NCBI RefSeq assembly: GCF_009914755.1
Contig: NC_060945.1
Origin: the human T2T-CHM13v2.0 reference genome, Homo sapiens
Length of the DNA: 64,000 nt
Reading direction: 5' to 3' (one strand)
Shown here: positions 31,281 through 51,145 of the stretch, one piece after another
Layout: each line of letters opens with the position of its first letter
Position numbering within the stretch: position 1 is the first letter of the stretch
The notes under the pieces: generated by a model
Database searches by the model: none
Told to the model about the DNA's origin: nothing
Seen by the model: only the letters and a program-made list of their open reading frames with translations
Translations under genes and position numbers: made by a program

Positions 31281-32050
31281 TTTTTTTTAAGTAGTATAGA
31301 GAAGCAATTTGTCATTTGTGGCTTAAACCTAAAATGTGTTGTTACAGAATTTTAAAATTAATTAAGACGTTCATTTCTTTAGTAAGAAAAAAGAGACTTA
31401 TTTTTTTCTTTTAATAATGATAGTCTTTCTCTTTTGGCGCTTTTAAAACCAAATACAAGCATAAATATATTCTGCCCATTGTATTTTCAGGAAAAAATTA
31501 GATTTGGCTAAGTTAGATTAAAACGCTATGTATAAATTTCTGTATTTAAATCCTACACTTACTCCGAAGTAAAGAGTGTTGTTCAAGTAAGGAGACTCTA
31601 AAGAAGAAGTTGAAAGGATAACAATCCAATTCTAAGGCCTACCTTGTGCAAAAAGTCAAAATTTGACTTCGGTACCTTCCTGACATTCTATCTTGACAAC
31701 ACTTTGTGACAACCTGACTTGTCACCGTATTCACCTTATTTCCTGTGCTAATCCAAGGATATTTTCTGATTAAAATTTTATATCACAAGAATTTTATGTT
31801 ATTTTCCTCACCTTAACACTTTTATCCCATCACTTGAATATTTTACCTTTTAATTTTTCACATTTTCAAGTGAGTGTTGTGGAGACAAATGTTGTCCACT
31901 ATCCTTCACACCCATCTTCATTTCTTTTCTACCCCCTACTCATTCTACTTTCTTCTTTTACCTTCTTGGGCGCCTTGCTTTCCTTTCTCTCCCATGGCTT
32001 TCTTATCTCTTTGACGCCTTCCCTCTTGCTTCCTCCATACTAACCCCACT

Positions 32051-32941
<891 letters not shown>

Positions 32942-33714
32942 TAGAAGTTCAGAACCTATACACCTGCCCATTATATCTGGTTTAAACTTACCAAGTTTCT
33001 ATACTATCATTTCCTTACCTCTGAGAGGTACCAAACCACCAAACCAGTTTTTTTTTTTAATTTGACTTACCTGAGCCAGTGTTTCTCTCCACTTTTAGGG
33101 CCACCTATCACTAATATATTTAGGAAAAGACCCATTGCAGGTTTGTTGTGGAGTTCTCTGTTCCCAGCTGTTTCTCCACATTCTGCCATGGCCCACGTGT
33201 CACTTAGCACTGTCAGTGGGGACCTGGATAATTTCCTTTAGTCTTGTCCATCTCCTCTTCCACACATCATCACACATAGATGCTGGGAGAAATAATAAGA
33301 GGAAGCATAAAATATGAAAAGATAAATTTGAAACTAGCCTCTATATATGACTTTTTTCCCAACAAAGTCCAACCAAACATCATCTAAGGAGTTAAAGGTT
33401 TTGTAGGGGTTTCTTGTGAGCATACTGTGGAACAGCTGATCTCGAACTCCTGGGCTCAGGTGATCCTCCCACCTCAGCCTCTCAAAGTGTTAGGATTACA
33501 GATGTGGGCCACCATGCCTGGCTGACCCTTCTTTTTATAAAATTGCTTTTTCCTCAACTTTTTGTTTTGAAAAGTCATAAGCCTACAGAAAGTTACAAGA
33601 ATTAATTTATACACCTATATGAAATTTGTTAGTTGTTAATTTTTTCAAAGTTCTCAATCTCTCTTCCCCTCTCTCTCCCTTTCTGAATCATTTGAAAATA
33701 AATTACAGGTATCT

Positions 33715-34000
33715 AGTCAGGCATGGTGGCTCAAGCCTGTAAACCCAGCACTTTGGGAGGCTGAGGCAGGTGGATTACTTGAGGTCAAGAGTTCGAGACC
33801 AGCCTGGCCAACCTGGTGAAATCTCATCTCCACTAAAAATACAAAAATTAGCCAGGCGTGGTGGTGGGTGCCTGTAATCCCAGCTCCTTGGGAGGCTGAG
33901 GCAGGAGAGAATTGCTTGAACCCAGGAGGCGGAGGTTGCAGCGAGCCAAGATCACACTATTACACTTCAGCCTGGGTGACAGAGTGAGACTCCATCTCAA

Positions 34001-34038
<38 letters not shown>
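33715..34038 (+). mobile_element. AluS with (TAAA)n tail
   Basis: Full dimer. Confidence 0.95.
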
Positions 34039-34039
<1 letters not shown>

Positions 34040-34543
34040 CAGATATCCTTGTTTACCCCAGCAAGAATCTAAAAACAAAGACATTCTCTTGAATATTCTT
34101 ACATAACCACAATACAGTGATCAAAATCAGGAAGTTTTAACATTGATACAACACTACTTTTCTGATATTGTTTTCTCAATAATATTCTTTCTAGCCAAGT
34201 TTTTGCCATCTAGAGTCACACATTGCATTCGGTTGCCATGTCTTTAGCCTTTTTCACTCTGAAACACTTCACTGCTCTTTCTGTCTTTCGCGGCATTGTC
34301 ATATTTGGAGGGTAGTGGTCAGTAGTTTTGTAGAACAGCTCTCGCCTTGGGTTTGTCTGATTATTTCCTTATGCTGAAATACAGACCATGCATTTTGGAA
34401 GGAAGAGTACAGGAATAATGTGCCCTTCTCAGTGCATCGCATCTGGAGGCTCCCCTGACGTCCGTTTGTCACATTATTACTGATGTTAAGCTTAATCACT
34501 TCTTCACAGTGAAAGTATCTCTTTCTTTCTTTGTGACTAATTA

Positions 34544-35295
<752 letters not shown>

Positions 35296-35297
35296 GA

Positions 35298-36023
<726 letters not shown>

Positions 36024-36614
36024 TGATGACGCTTTAAAATAAAATTTAAAATAATTCACCTGTAAGAAGATACTTGAAGACTCTGTGAACATTTTGTTTA
36101 GCTGATAAACACAATCATTACATATCACTCAATTCTTTCTTTCATTCTCCACCTGAGCCCAACTGTCCACTTCTATCCAAACCTTTCAGTGACATAAGGA
36201 CTTATAGCACCTGTAGTTATCCTCCTGTGGTTAATCATTCCCCCATTCCTACAGACTATCAAATTGACATTTGCAGGGACCGTATCTTAATCACAACCTC
36301 TAGAACAGTGTTGTTCTCATATAGGCACGCTTGGAGAATTTATGAATGAATGTGACTTGGCGGCCACCTCTTATGCCGGCGCCTATGCACCTACAGAGAC
36401 TTCGTGAAGCCCTGGCACATTGTTTTTAATTGTTAAATTTCTCAGTTATGGGTATAATAGAGGCATTAAAGAGCATATAAGATTGTCTTCTCATTATGGA
36501 TACAGACTTTCATTCAGGTAATCCTATTACACACTTTACCTTTGCATCTGTCTAGTGCAGCCATTAGTTGGCCACAAAATCTGAAATAAATATTTCATAT
36601 TAAATTTAAAAATT

Positions 36615-36987
<373 letters not shown>

Positions 36988-37229
36988 TTAATGAGGATGT
37001 TTTATGTTAATAGGATAAATTTAATTGTTAAGATGTTAAGGTGGTGTGTTAAGGTGACAAAGGGGGAGTGGAAGGAAAGAGAACTAACATTACTGGGCAC
37101 GTACTACATGCCAGTATCTGCTTCAGGTGCTTTAAAAACATTCTCCCAGTCCCCACCCAACTCTGGGACACACGCTCCATTATGCTCACTGCAGGGTGTG
37201 GATGGAAAATGAAAGGGTTAGTTCTACCC

Positions 37230-37711
37230 AGAAGCACCTGCCTAAGATGCCCTGTGCCCCATCCCTTGGGCCCACCTGACATTAGTGGCACTAATGTGAA
37301 CAGCGGCATGCATGCTGCAAGTGCCCCACCTTCAGTGGGTGCTGTGGTGTCCCTTGGGGACACCCAAGCAGGCCACAGCCTGGAAGTGCAGGAGAGTTAG
37401 TAAGTAACAGTGGATGGAAGTCAGCAGATTAATGCCCCAGCCTCCTTGTCCTTCAGTGGAACAATGCTGAAGCACAGTCTATGAAGTTCCACAGCTGATC
37501 CCGAGTGTAAGTGGGCCTTATTTTTCCATAATGGTTTCCAACTGAGTAGCACACACTTTATAGGCTTTCTCACTTCCTTGTCTCTCTCTTCTCACACCTC
37601 ACTTCTGCTTCCTGGGATCAATATCATCAGTCAATAGGTAAATGCAGATAGACTACCTGCATCCAAGTCCCTTGCCTTAGACTCTACTTTGCAAGAACCC
37701 AAGCTAAGACA
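37230..37711 (+). mobile_element. Old ERVL LTR (LTR16/LTR33-class)
   Basis: Ends GAACCCAAGCTAAGACA; CTCACTTCTGCTTCCTGGGATCA motif. Confidence 0.55.
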
Positions 37712-37758
37712 TACAACAATATTAGTCAGTCTCCTCCTTCTTTAATAATGAAACCCCC

Positions 37759-38085
<327 letters not shown>

Positions 38086-38312
38086 TTAGCTGTGCCCAGG
38101 ACCATTGAGTTATAGATTATATTATCCCAGCATCTTTGCAACCAGATAAGACCATGTAACTTTTTGCCAATAGGATATAAGTGCTTTTATTTAACAAGCT
38201 TTGCCTTTAAAAGAAATAAGGGTGTATTTTCTTGTTCCTTTGACCATTCCTGCTGTCTGGGATGTAGATGTAATGGCAGGAGCTAGAACAGCCCTCACAG
38301 ATCCAGAGATAG

Positions 38313-39006
<694 letters not shown>

Positions 39007-39298
39007 AAAGTAGCGTGGACTGTATTTTTGCAGAGGATAAGATATTGGACAAAGTTACACAGCTTTGGAGTAAGGTGTAAAGGGAAGGTTTGCATTCAAA
39101 TCTGTGGGAATCCACAGCTCAGGCTCTTAAGTGAGCCCTTCATTTATTGTGGGTGCGTGACTTGCCTCCTATGTGTTGGGGTAGTAAAAAGGCTGAAAAA
39201 TATTGCATTATTGATGACTCCTCACTGAAAAGATTTACCTTCCTTTATCCAACAGGGGAGGGAAAGGTTAATTCTGAGTTCCATCAACATGCAAATGA

Positions 39299-39569
39299 GG
39301 CCAGCTGCAGGTGGCCTACACCGATAATCCCAGTGCTTTGGGGTCAAGGCAGGAGTATCGCTTGAGCCCAGGAGTTTTTGACCAGCCTGGGTAAGATGGC
39401 AAGACCCCCGTCTCCACAAAAAAGAAAGAAGAAGAAAGAAAAGAAAGAAAGAAAGAACGAAAGAAAGAAAGAAAGAAAGAAGGAAGGAAGGAAGGAAAGA
39501 AAGAAGAAGGAAAGAAAGAAGAAAGAAAGAAAGAAAGAAGAAAGAAAGAAAAAAAGAAGAAAGAAAGAA

Positions 39570-39649
<80 letters not shown>

Positions 39650-39800
39650 ATATTAGCTGGGCATGGTGGCACAGGCCTGTAGTCCCAGCTACACGGGAGG
39701 CTGAGGCAGAGGATTGCTTGAGCTCAGAAGTTCGAGGCTGCAGTGAGCTACAATTGTACTACCTCGCTCCAGCCTGGGTTACAGAGCGAGATCCCATAGA
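39299..39800 (+). mobile_element. AluJ with linker expanded to about 230 bp of (GAAA)n
   Basis: Left arm, GAAA array 39420-39650, right arm, GGAA/GGGA tail. Confidence 0.9.
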
Positions 39801-39993
39801 AGAAGGAAGGAAGGGAGGAAGGAAGGAAGGAAGGAAGGAAGGGAGGGAGGAAGGGAGGGAGGGAGGGAGGGAGGGAGGGAGGGAGGGAAATAAAAATGAA
39901 AATGGAAGACGTCATGATGCTATGAAGAAAGCTTAAATCTACTGAGGTTAGAATTGCCTTTTTTGTAAGAACCAAAGCAAAATATTTAACCGT

Positions 39994-40710
39994 TGTTATG
40001 AGCTAAATTGTGCCTCCTTTCCCCCATCCCCCATCCCCCGCCCCAAATTCATATGTTGAAGCCCTAACTCCAAGTACCTTAAAATGTGACTGTCATTGGA
40101 GGTAAGGTCATGAAAGAGGTAATTAAGTTAAAATGAGGCCATTAAGGTGGGCCCTAATTCAGTCTGACTGGTGTCCTTATAAGAAAAGGAAATTTGCACA
40201 CACTGAGAGACCCCAGTATGCCTGCATAGAGAAAAGACCATGTGAAGAGGCAGCAAGCGAGCCAAGGAAAGAGGCCTCAGAAGAAACCAACCTGCCGGGA
40301 CTTCAATCTTGGACCTTCAGCCTCCAGAACTGCGAGGAATACATTTCTGTTATTTAAGACACCCAGTCTTGCCAGGCGTGGTGGCTCACGCCTGTAATCC
40401 CAGCACTTTGGGAGGCCGAGGTAGGCGGATCACCTGAGGTCGGGAGTTTGAGACCAGCCTGACCCACATGGAGAAACCCCATCTCTACTAAAAATACAAA
40501 ATTAGCCGGACTTGGTGGCGCATGCCTGTAATCCCAGCTACTTGGGAAGGCTGAGGCAGGAGAATCGCTTGAACCTGGGAGGTGCAGGTTGCGGTGAGCC
40601 AAGATTGTGCCATTGCACTCCAGCCTGGGCAAGAGCAAAACTCTGTCTCAAAAAAAAAATAAGACACCCAGTCTGTGATACTTTATTACAGCAGCCCTAG
40701 CAAACTAACA
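39994..40710 (+). mobile_element. MLT1B-like solo LTR interrupted by Alu (40370-40659)
   Basis: TGTTATGAGCTAAATTGTG...GCAGCCCTAGCAAACTAACA; Alu TSD AAGACACCCAGTCT (40356-40369 / 40661-40674). Confidence 0.88.
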
Positions 40711-41712
40711 GTCACTTACCCTCATCGAGGAAGGATATAGCATGTTTCTACCGGATGAATAATTAAGTAAATGAATAAATGAATGATCATGGTGCTATAC
40801 TGCTAGGGAAACAACATGAACATTTTGCTCTATAACATGCCATTCATTAAAATACATTTTAATTCAGCTTGACTGGGAGAGAAGAATGCTAGCATGACCT
40901 AGCTTAGATATGTGTAGTAATCAAAAAGAACACAAGAGTCTGTGAGTTATTTCAGTTTTGCTAAACACAAAATGACATTGTCCTGGATGCCTCTGTAGCC
41001 GAGTCAAGAAATCTGAAATGATGAAACAGCAGAATTCGGAATTTCAGGCTAAGTGGCTGCATGAATTTCCAAGAGTGATGAGGTTCTGGAATGAACCATT
41101 AAAATTTCATCAAAAGTAGGCCACAGCTGGAGGTCAGAGGAAAAGATTACATGAGGTTATACAATCCTAAAAGAACAATATTTCATATTTGGTTTTTAGT
41201 GAACCAATTATTTCCATGGTTATAAGGAAGCTTCCTATATTTCTAAATAAAGCACCTTAAACACAAAATACCCAAAATCGAATTCATGTTTTTTCTCTTG
41301 GAATTTTCTCTCTCTTTAGAGAGGAATCGTTTTAGTTGCCAATACCATTATCCTCCTAGTCACCCAAACTGGAATTTCGTTTCTGTATAGAACTGAGGAC
41401 AAAACTTTCTCTGCCATCTCTTTCCATGGAACAGTATCCTGAGTTTCTAGGTAATTCATGTTAAAGTTGTTACCATTTGCAACTATGTATCTGTGTAAAA
41501 ATTATCTTGCCACTATACAAGAAAAAAAACTCAGATGTAAAAGAATTGCAATGCTGAGGCTAGTATAAGATACAATTGCCATCCATAATCTCTGTATCAA
41601 ATTTGCATTCAAACATCATAATGTTCATTGCTTTAATTTATAAAATAAATTTATCCTAATTAAATTTCCTTTTAATCTAAACCTAATTTCTATATTAAAA
41701 AGAATATCTTTT

Positions 41713-42036
<324 letters not shown>

Positions 42037-42064
42037 AATCTTTTAATGTTGGAATCCCATGTAA

Positions 42065-42449
<385 letters not shown>

Positions 42450-42737
42450 TAAAAAGCAAGATCACAAGACAATAGAATGACTCTACTTGCCTCTTCAGCC
42501 CATCCCTTGCTACTCAGTCACATCACACATAGTCTCTGGAAAATCATCTTTTTTCTCATTCCATTCCTCCTTCTGCCATCCTCTGTCTACAGTATCCCTT
42601 CGCCTGCACTTTAGGCCCACAAACCCTTGAAGATTCAATTCAGATCTCACCAAAAAGTATTTTCTGGCCCACCAAGCCCTGGCCAGAAGTACCTCTTTCA
42701 AACATCTCTTACGTTAAACAGCATTATGGAACACTAT

Positions 42738-43158
42738 TGTTTTGGACTGAGCTTCTGCACTAGGCCCCAAGGGACCAGACCAGACCAAAATGGAGTCACT
42801 TGTGCTAAATGCCACTTCATCAAAATGAAACTTTAAGGAAGTCGATAGATCTCAAAACAGATCAGTTTTTCCTGAAAACTGGAGATTCCAGTCTGAGTCA
42901 GCTATAATAAGGACACTTCCGTTTGCTTAAACTCATATAAAAAAGTAACCTGAAGTAACCTAATGTTTACCAGTCAAGCTTTTTTTTTTTCTATTGTTCT
43001 GTTTCCTTGTTCCCACCTTGTAAAACCCACTGTTCAGCAGTTGCTCGTGAGAGCTTTCAGTACATTTTATGGAATGAAGGCTGCCCTGATTTATAAATCC
43101 CAAATAAATGCCCATCTTTGATCTATAACTAAATTTGTTGTGATTTTGTCTTTTGACA
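42738..43158 (+). mobile_element. ERV1 (MER4-group, MER66/MER67-like) solo LTR
   Basis: TGT...ACA termini; CCAAAATGGAGTCAC motif; AATAAA at about 43103. Confidence 0.75.
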
Positions 43159-43271
43159 CTTAAAATAACATATGTTTTCAATTTTTATATTTACATTTCC
43201 CACTAAAGTGAGTGTCTGGAGGAGAGATTGTGCTAGAGATAGCCTAGCACATGGTGGACATGCAGAAATAT

Positions 43272-43378
43272 TGGAAGGAAGGAAGGAAGGAAGGGAGGAA
43301 GGGAGGGAGGGAGGGAGGGAGGGAAAGAGGGAGGAGAGGAAAGAGAAAAAGAGAAAGAAAGGGAGGGAAGGAGGAAGA
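43272..43378. repeat. (GGAA/GGGA)n purine tract
   Basis: Direct reading. Confidence 0.9.
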
Positions 43379-44451
43379 CAATTTCATATTAAAGGGCTCG
43401 TAAATGAGGCAAGTTTTGCTGTCATGGCATAATTCGAAGGAAATATTAGCTGAGCTATATCTCAAAATTATGTTTAATATCCAGCTTTCAGCAAACTGAA
43501 TTTCCCACCATAAGATATTCTTTACTGGGGCAGGGGAGGGAGGCCAAGAATTAGTACTCTGAAAGCAACCATTTAAGATGGAATACTCCTCTGTATCTAA
43601 AATATGACAGATGTCTCCAAGTCTTCAGACCGGGTTAACCAGAGGAGAGAAGGGCCTGGGAAGAAAAGACAAAAAAGTAGGCAGTGAGACCCATTTCATG
43701 CCAGTTTCCCAGAGATGGTGGGAGAGAAAGGACAGAACAGTACAGACTCATCAGGAACAATTCAGTGCCCAGTTACGACATGTTTAAACACTGCCTTTTT
43801 TGTGTTTTTTCGGCAATCCTGAGATGGGAGGGTGCCACACATTTCTTCATTTGGAGAAACTGAGCTCCTAAAAGATTAGATAGAAGTAAAACTGGTAACA
43901 GCAGCCAAACTTTTCAATAGTCGTCTCTCTCCTAGAGCAATGCTCTGTGGAAGGGAGAGAAAACTATGTTGCCTCCCTAATGATAATGTGCTGATTCTGT
44001 TTGTTTAACTAAAGCTGCACCAGATTAGCAGACCATAATTACAGCTAAAATCCTTGTCTCTGATACAGTTGACAGAATGTCTGTTTCACTGAGCTGAACT
44101 CCCAGGAAAGGCTTTACTCAAGGTTAAGCCAGGCTGCCTGAAAGCAATAGTGCTGTTTCAGTGCTACACTGGATACTTTATCTGAGCAGCGGGATTTCCT
44201 ACACTTGGGTTTCACATGGTTTACTTTGATTTCTTGGGGCGATAAGGACGTTTGCTCCTCTTTGAAAGGTTGTGTTAGTGGCCATACCATTGTAAAACCT
44301 TAAGAACTTTCTTTTGTGTCTGGATATGAAGATATCTGCCTTTTTCTTGATATACAACTTTACTAGGACTTCTTTTAGGGAATTCCCCCCTCCATCCCCC
44401 AGTTCTTTCCTTGCCTTTCAGCTTTGCAGAACGCGATGAAGTCTGTCATTA

Positions 44452-44765
<314 letters not shown>

Positions 44766-46313
44766 AATCTTTCCTTTATCTAGTCAACTTTGAATGTTAT
44801 GCTTAATTCCTTGAGACCTAGAAATGGAATTCACTGTGTTTGTTTGATCACTGGTGGTTTTCTATAGTGGATCGAGGAATGTTCTCACCTCTTGCCAGAA
44901 TCTTTTAAATAGTCCTGCTCTCTTCTCTGTCAGGTCGCTTCTCTATTCACTCTCATCTACTTTGTGAATCATAAGGCAAATTGTCAATGAATTTGACTAA
45001 AATTTCAAGAAATAAATCAAGGTGAGAAAAGTAAGCTGACAACAGAGTTGAGAATAAAAGGGGAAGTATTTGACTGGGTCTGTTTTGCTTCCCCGCCCAA
45101 AACCATCCCAGACGTTCCTTAAATAGAGCCCACAGTTTGTGGGCTTTCTAATGAATAGTGGCCAAGAGGCAGCCTCACATTTGAGGCATGCTATTACCAT
45201 TTTTTCTTCATTCCCTCTCCTTAATTAGGGTCTTTAAAGGGAGGCTGCCCTCAGATTCTGACAAACAGTATTAGCTTCCTCATAATGCAATGCCTGATCC
45301 TGGAGCTATTTTTCAGGATGGTTTGCACTGAGTCTGTGACATTGTCTATATTTCTAGAATGCAGGAGGAATACCTCAACAGAGAATTAGCTGTGGAGGTT
45401 CTAAAAAGCCTATTCCTGAAGGCCTGAAGAACTGATTTTAATAACCCATAATAATACGGGAGGGAGATAGAGTTGACTAATTTTCAGTTTCACAGTTTGG
45501 CTAATGCCTACAGTAAGATGTATTTTACCTGTACCAAACACACACACACCAAAAAATTCATGAAACAATATTTATCCCTTTTCCATGCAATTCCTTCTAT
45601 TTTCCATTCTAATTTATTTCAGTTTCTAAATGCAAACCTCCACCCACTGAATTGATTCTCTCACACTAAAGAGTGGCAACCCACTGTTTGAAAAGCACTC
45701 AATGGGATGCCCTTTATTTTTCTAACCCTGTAATTCAATATAGAGAGACTCTGAATTGAGGACAAGCCTGATGAGTTTGAGGTATGGAATAAAGGAATCT
45801 GATCGGCTCCGGGTTTGTTGTGTTTTTAAATCTTCCTGTGTGTTCATTCTCTTCACCACAGAGAGGACTCTATTATCTTTGCTCAAAGAGCAGACAGTGC
45901 TCTAGCTGTTTTCCCCTGCTTAGCTTTGATCCCTGCAGCCATGCTCAGCCCTTCCCCCAAGCCCTCCCTTCCAGATGGATTGAGGCTGTTGAGACTCCAG
46001 GGGTGTTCGGGGCTGGGAGCCTGCTGAGTGTTCCCTGTTCCCACCTCCAATCTGCTCCATCCTCCAGCTGCATTTCATTCCGGATCTACCAGGTTAATGG
46101 GATTATCGTTCTTCTCTGTTATTCTGTTATTTCATATAGGGTGAATCAGTTTGTTCCTGGGACAATTTTTAGATGGTTGCTGAGATGACAAAAATGGATG
46201 GGGATTTTATTTTAGGAATAAGTGTTCTTCATCAGCCAGGATTTAATCTGGGAAGAATTTATTCACTCTCAAATGGGTTACTTTTTGAAGTGACTTAAAA
46301 ATAAGATTTTTTT

Positions 46314-46450
46314 GGCTGGGTGTGGTGGCTCACACCTGTAATCCAGCACTTTTGGAATCTGAGGCAGAAGGATTGCTTGAGCCCAGGAATTCAAAACCAG
46401 CCTGGGCAACATATTGAGACCCAGTCTCTATTATTTAAAAAAAAAAAAAT
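46314..46450 (+). mobile_element. FLAM
   Basis: Monomer; TSD AAATAAGATT. Confidence 0.88.
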
Positions 46451-47101
46451 TTAAATAAGATTGTTTTATCAGATAAAAGCAAAGCATACCTTAAGGCACA
46501 ACTCATGTTTTAATGCCTATATCATCATCGAATCAACCATACAACATTTTAGCTTCAAATTTTAATTTTGGTTAGAAAGATAAAGTGATAGACTGATTAT
46601 ATCATTTATTTTATTCATTATATTCAACAACATTTGCTCAGTACTTATTGGATACAGAGCACATTTATTGACCTCAAGATATCTAGACCTTTAGAAGGGA
46701 GTTTTTTTTAAATGCCTACAGATAGCCATTATATAAAATAAGATTTTAATAAGTGACTATACACAGTATAGTTCATAGCCTAATCATAGTATCTCCTCCT
46801 TTTCAGAACTTGTAAGAGTGAAAAGAGAAATTACTCATCCCTAGTGTATCTGTTTTTTCAGGACATGAGATTGCCAAATTTCTGTATTCTTCATTTTAAT
46901 TAAATGCATGATTGATTGACTGAATGGATGCTGACTGTCTATTTGGTGCCATGTGCTATAAATGTGATGAAATGATCTTCCTATTGATCTTTCTTTGGTT
47001 TCTTGATGTTTGTCTCAAAAGAATTGACTTCCCAATACCTGGAACGCATGAGGGTGGAGAGAGACTGAAAAATGGAAAGAAAGAGGCATGAAATAAGGCT
47101 A

Positions 47102-47775
<674 letters not shown>

Positions 47776-50061
47776 CTAGATAAAGAAGCAAAAGTCAAGG
47801 AAAATCTAGATAGTTAATAAATTTCTTTAATATTTAGAGGAAGGGACTCTTACTTCATGGGGTAGGAGGAAACCTGAAAACCAGTTTTCTCTTTCTGCTG
47901 ATGGAGAAATGGGAGTTGCCAACTCAAGATCCACTCCTTTCTCTTCCAGCCTCTCAGACGTGGGGAAATGAGATAGAGCTGGAGCTGAACCTCTCCTACT
48001 TCTCTCCAGCACCCCAGAATTAAATCTGCTCTGAGGAAAATAAAGGCAACTCTACAGTCCTCACATTAGTATCATGACTTGCAGTTGATAAATGCTTTCA
48101 TGTACAATATATCATTGGATATTTAATCATACTGTGACGTGGTCAGTCGAAGTATTACTATTCTCACTTTATAGATGAATGATCTGGGCCTCAGGGAGAT
48201 TAAATGGCTTGCTCCAAAGTAGCACAGTTAGTATCCAAGTGTTTTGAAATTTAACCTAGTGTATGTCTCGCTAAACCAGAGCTGCCTGGCAAAAGGAAGT
48301 TAAGAAAATATTTACAGAAGTATGATTTTTTTTTTCTTCTCTGGACACATTTCATCTACTCCACACCCGCCCCCCACAAAAAATAAAAGAAAAGAAAAAA
48401 ACCACTGGTGATCATTTTGCAGAAATAACCTCTTGGCCAATTGAGCTTTTAACTGGGTTTTTGTATTTTTTTTAAGTTGGACCTCATTGTCTAGTGTAGC
48501 AATTTAGAACATCTAATTATTGACAGCAAGTCAGCATATTACAAAGGCAGAGTTTTTGCATTGGCTCTGAAATGTGTTGCAATCATTTTTGTCTGGGAAA
48601 ACAAACAAAAGTGGATAGGCAGCATGGTTGTTACATGAGATGCTGGCTGAGTCCCAGGCCCTAGGACATTGGCTTACCTACCAACAATACCTCCCTTTCA
48701 GGCGATGCCAACTGTTTTATGAGAAGATCACAGTTCTCTGGAAGTGAGCTTTTGTGTTTTGCTCTAATCAGCAGGATCCAACTTTACTACTGTCATGGAG
48801 GGAATTACAGTAATTCTACCAACTTTTGAGGCAACCTTCTTCTGACACTGTGTGAAACAGACTGAAAAGACTCTAAAGATGGAGAGAGCTCAATGCTTGA
48901 GAAAAGGAATTCTGTCCTTTGAAAGGTCTCTAGAACAAAGGGTATGCAATATGTTTATCACTTCAACTTCAGAAACATAATAGGCTCTAGAAACACATTC
49001 TCATTGATCTGTTTCTACTGCTCCTGTTTTTTTTTTTTTCTGCTTCACCCAATCGTCTTCCTATTTTTATCTCTTTCATTCCACTCTGGAGCCATGTTGC
49101 TTGGTCAGGCCACCCTTCAAAATAAATGATTTTTTCCCTCTTTCATGTTATACCTGTTTTCTTAATTCTTGGCTGTTACTTTTCTCAGTTAACCTTTGGC
49201 AAATCATAATGAAATTAAATTTAGCTGGTTGTAGAGAGAAAGAGTCATTGTAGAAGTTGGGATGGTCTGGAAGTGAATTAAAAAGTATTTTGATAGCCCT
49301 CAGAATGTGGACAAAAATAGTAAAAATCCAGCTGGGAGTCAGTGTATCCATTTTATGTCATTTGCAGTAAATTGTTGGGCGTCTCCTTGTAGCTGCCACA
49401 ATAATGCTAATGATGGTGACTTCTTGCTCGAAGTGCTGAGTGTTGAATCCTTTGCCCCAGTTATGTGCCACATACTGATTTCCTTAGCAGTAGACAAATA
49501 CTGGAAACACAAAAGGCAGAAGCCATGTCCTACTAAGCCATTCCCTTTGTCTAGTTTATCACTCAGTTCTGTCTATTCTTTCCTTCCTCTGTGGGAAATG
49601 GGGAGTTCATAAATGGTAATAACAAACTTGCAGAAAAATGTTAAGATAGAAACTTTTGTAGCAGCCAGCATTTTTCTTAGAGGAGGTCAAAGCATAAAGA
49701 AATAAACTGATCAGCCTCTGTTCCTATCTCCCCCAAAAACTCCTTCTCTAGATATCCTACTCTCAGAAACTAGTAATCAGGCATTATGAAAAATTACTTA
49801 ATCCACTGGGCCAATTCATGTAGCTTATCAGCTATCTGCCTTTAGACTGAAAAAAAAAAATAGCCAAATTATTTACTTGCAAATCCAGAAAGTAGGTGAA
49901 GTTCTTTAGCAGTTTAATGTTACTATAACAGTCTAATTCACAGGAGCACACACATTTATAAAATTGTCATCTGCACGAGTTGGCACACCCACATGAGAGA
50001 AATGTCATCCATGACAATGGGGCTATCAGGTCTTTTATAGCATACATTCTACTATAAATTT

Positions 50062-50620
50062 ATAGGGATCAAGGAAAAACTTATCTTTGCCATCTGAAGG
50101 CTTACTGAAAAATCAACTGACAAAAGGCAGATTAATAGGCAAAATGGCCTACAGATGTGTTAGTGAGCATGAGGGAGAATCACAGAATGATTGTCCAATA
50201 TCCCAGTGAGGTACAGATGGTTGTATATACTTCTTAGGGGAAAGACAGATAGAGACGTGTAGATGATTTTTAGGGGATTTCGATGGGCCTGGAGAACATA
50301 CAGTGGCCTGGGATAAAGTCTTTTGGGCCAGCAGAGCAGACAATAGTTTGTGACCAGTCTGTCCAGGCGTGTTGATAGAATTCAGTCTTTCTTCCCATGA
50401 GTTCAGTTAATAAAAACTCAGGGAAGGGGCCAGAAGTAATTGTTTTCTTCATTGTCAGGTCCAAAATGTAGGCAAATAAGGAATTTCAGGGGACAACTTC
50501 ATCCTGCAAGGAGGATTAAGAGACAGGACAGGGAGGAGGTCCAAGAGACCTTGAGGCTTCTTTTTCAGTTCAGCATGTCAAAGTGCCATATTTTGGGGTA
50601 TCCGTTTCTAAGCTCTAACA
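50062..50620 (-). mobile_element. MER34-family ERV1 solo LTR
   Basis: Reverse complement starts TGTTAGAGCTTAGAAACGGATACCCCAAAATATGGCACTTTGACATGCTGAACTGAA, a MER34-type 5' end. Confidence 0.78.
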
Positions 50621-51065
50621 CATTCAAAGTACCTCAAAAGAACCAGATGCTGCTAAGATAGTTCACAGGGAAGATTCTGTCCTCTTCTCTGTATCCTCTA
50701 TTTAAAATTCAAGTGGTTTCTCTTTCTAGGCTACCCCATAACTTTGTTGGTTAAAGGATGTGCTACTCATTTAAAATGTCAAATTACAAAGCCAGAGAAC
50801 TGGCCTACCTGATTCACATACTTTGCCTTTCTCAATCCCTGTAATCTCAGCATCATACATTCTATCTTTTCAACGTGCATATTAAAAGGTATCTTAAAGA
50901 CTATCTTACTCGGACTGAAACGCAAGAGTATCTGCGAACACTGATTCAGCTTGCAAAATACATAGAAAAGTAGCAAGAAAAATGATGTAACATCCCATGT
51001 AGTCGGCATACTGGCCTAGTTTCAAGACCGAAAGCAGTCTGAAAATGTCTGAAAAGAGTCGGAAA

Positions 51066-51066
<1 letters not shown>

Positions 51067-51116
<50 letters not shown>
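51067..51116. repeat. (TG)25 microsatellite
   Basis: Perfect dinucleotide run. Confidence 0.97.
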
Positions 51117-51119
<3 letters not shown>

Positions 51120-51145
51120 CCATGCCTAACAGCTCATGTTTAGCT

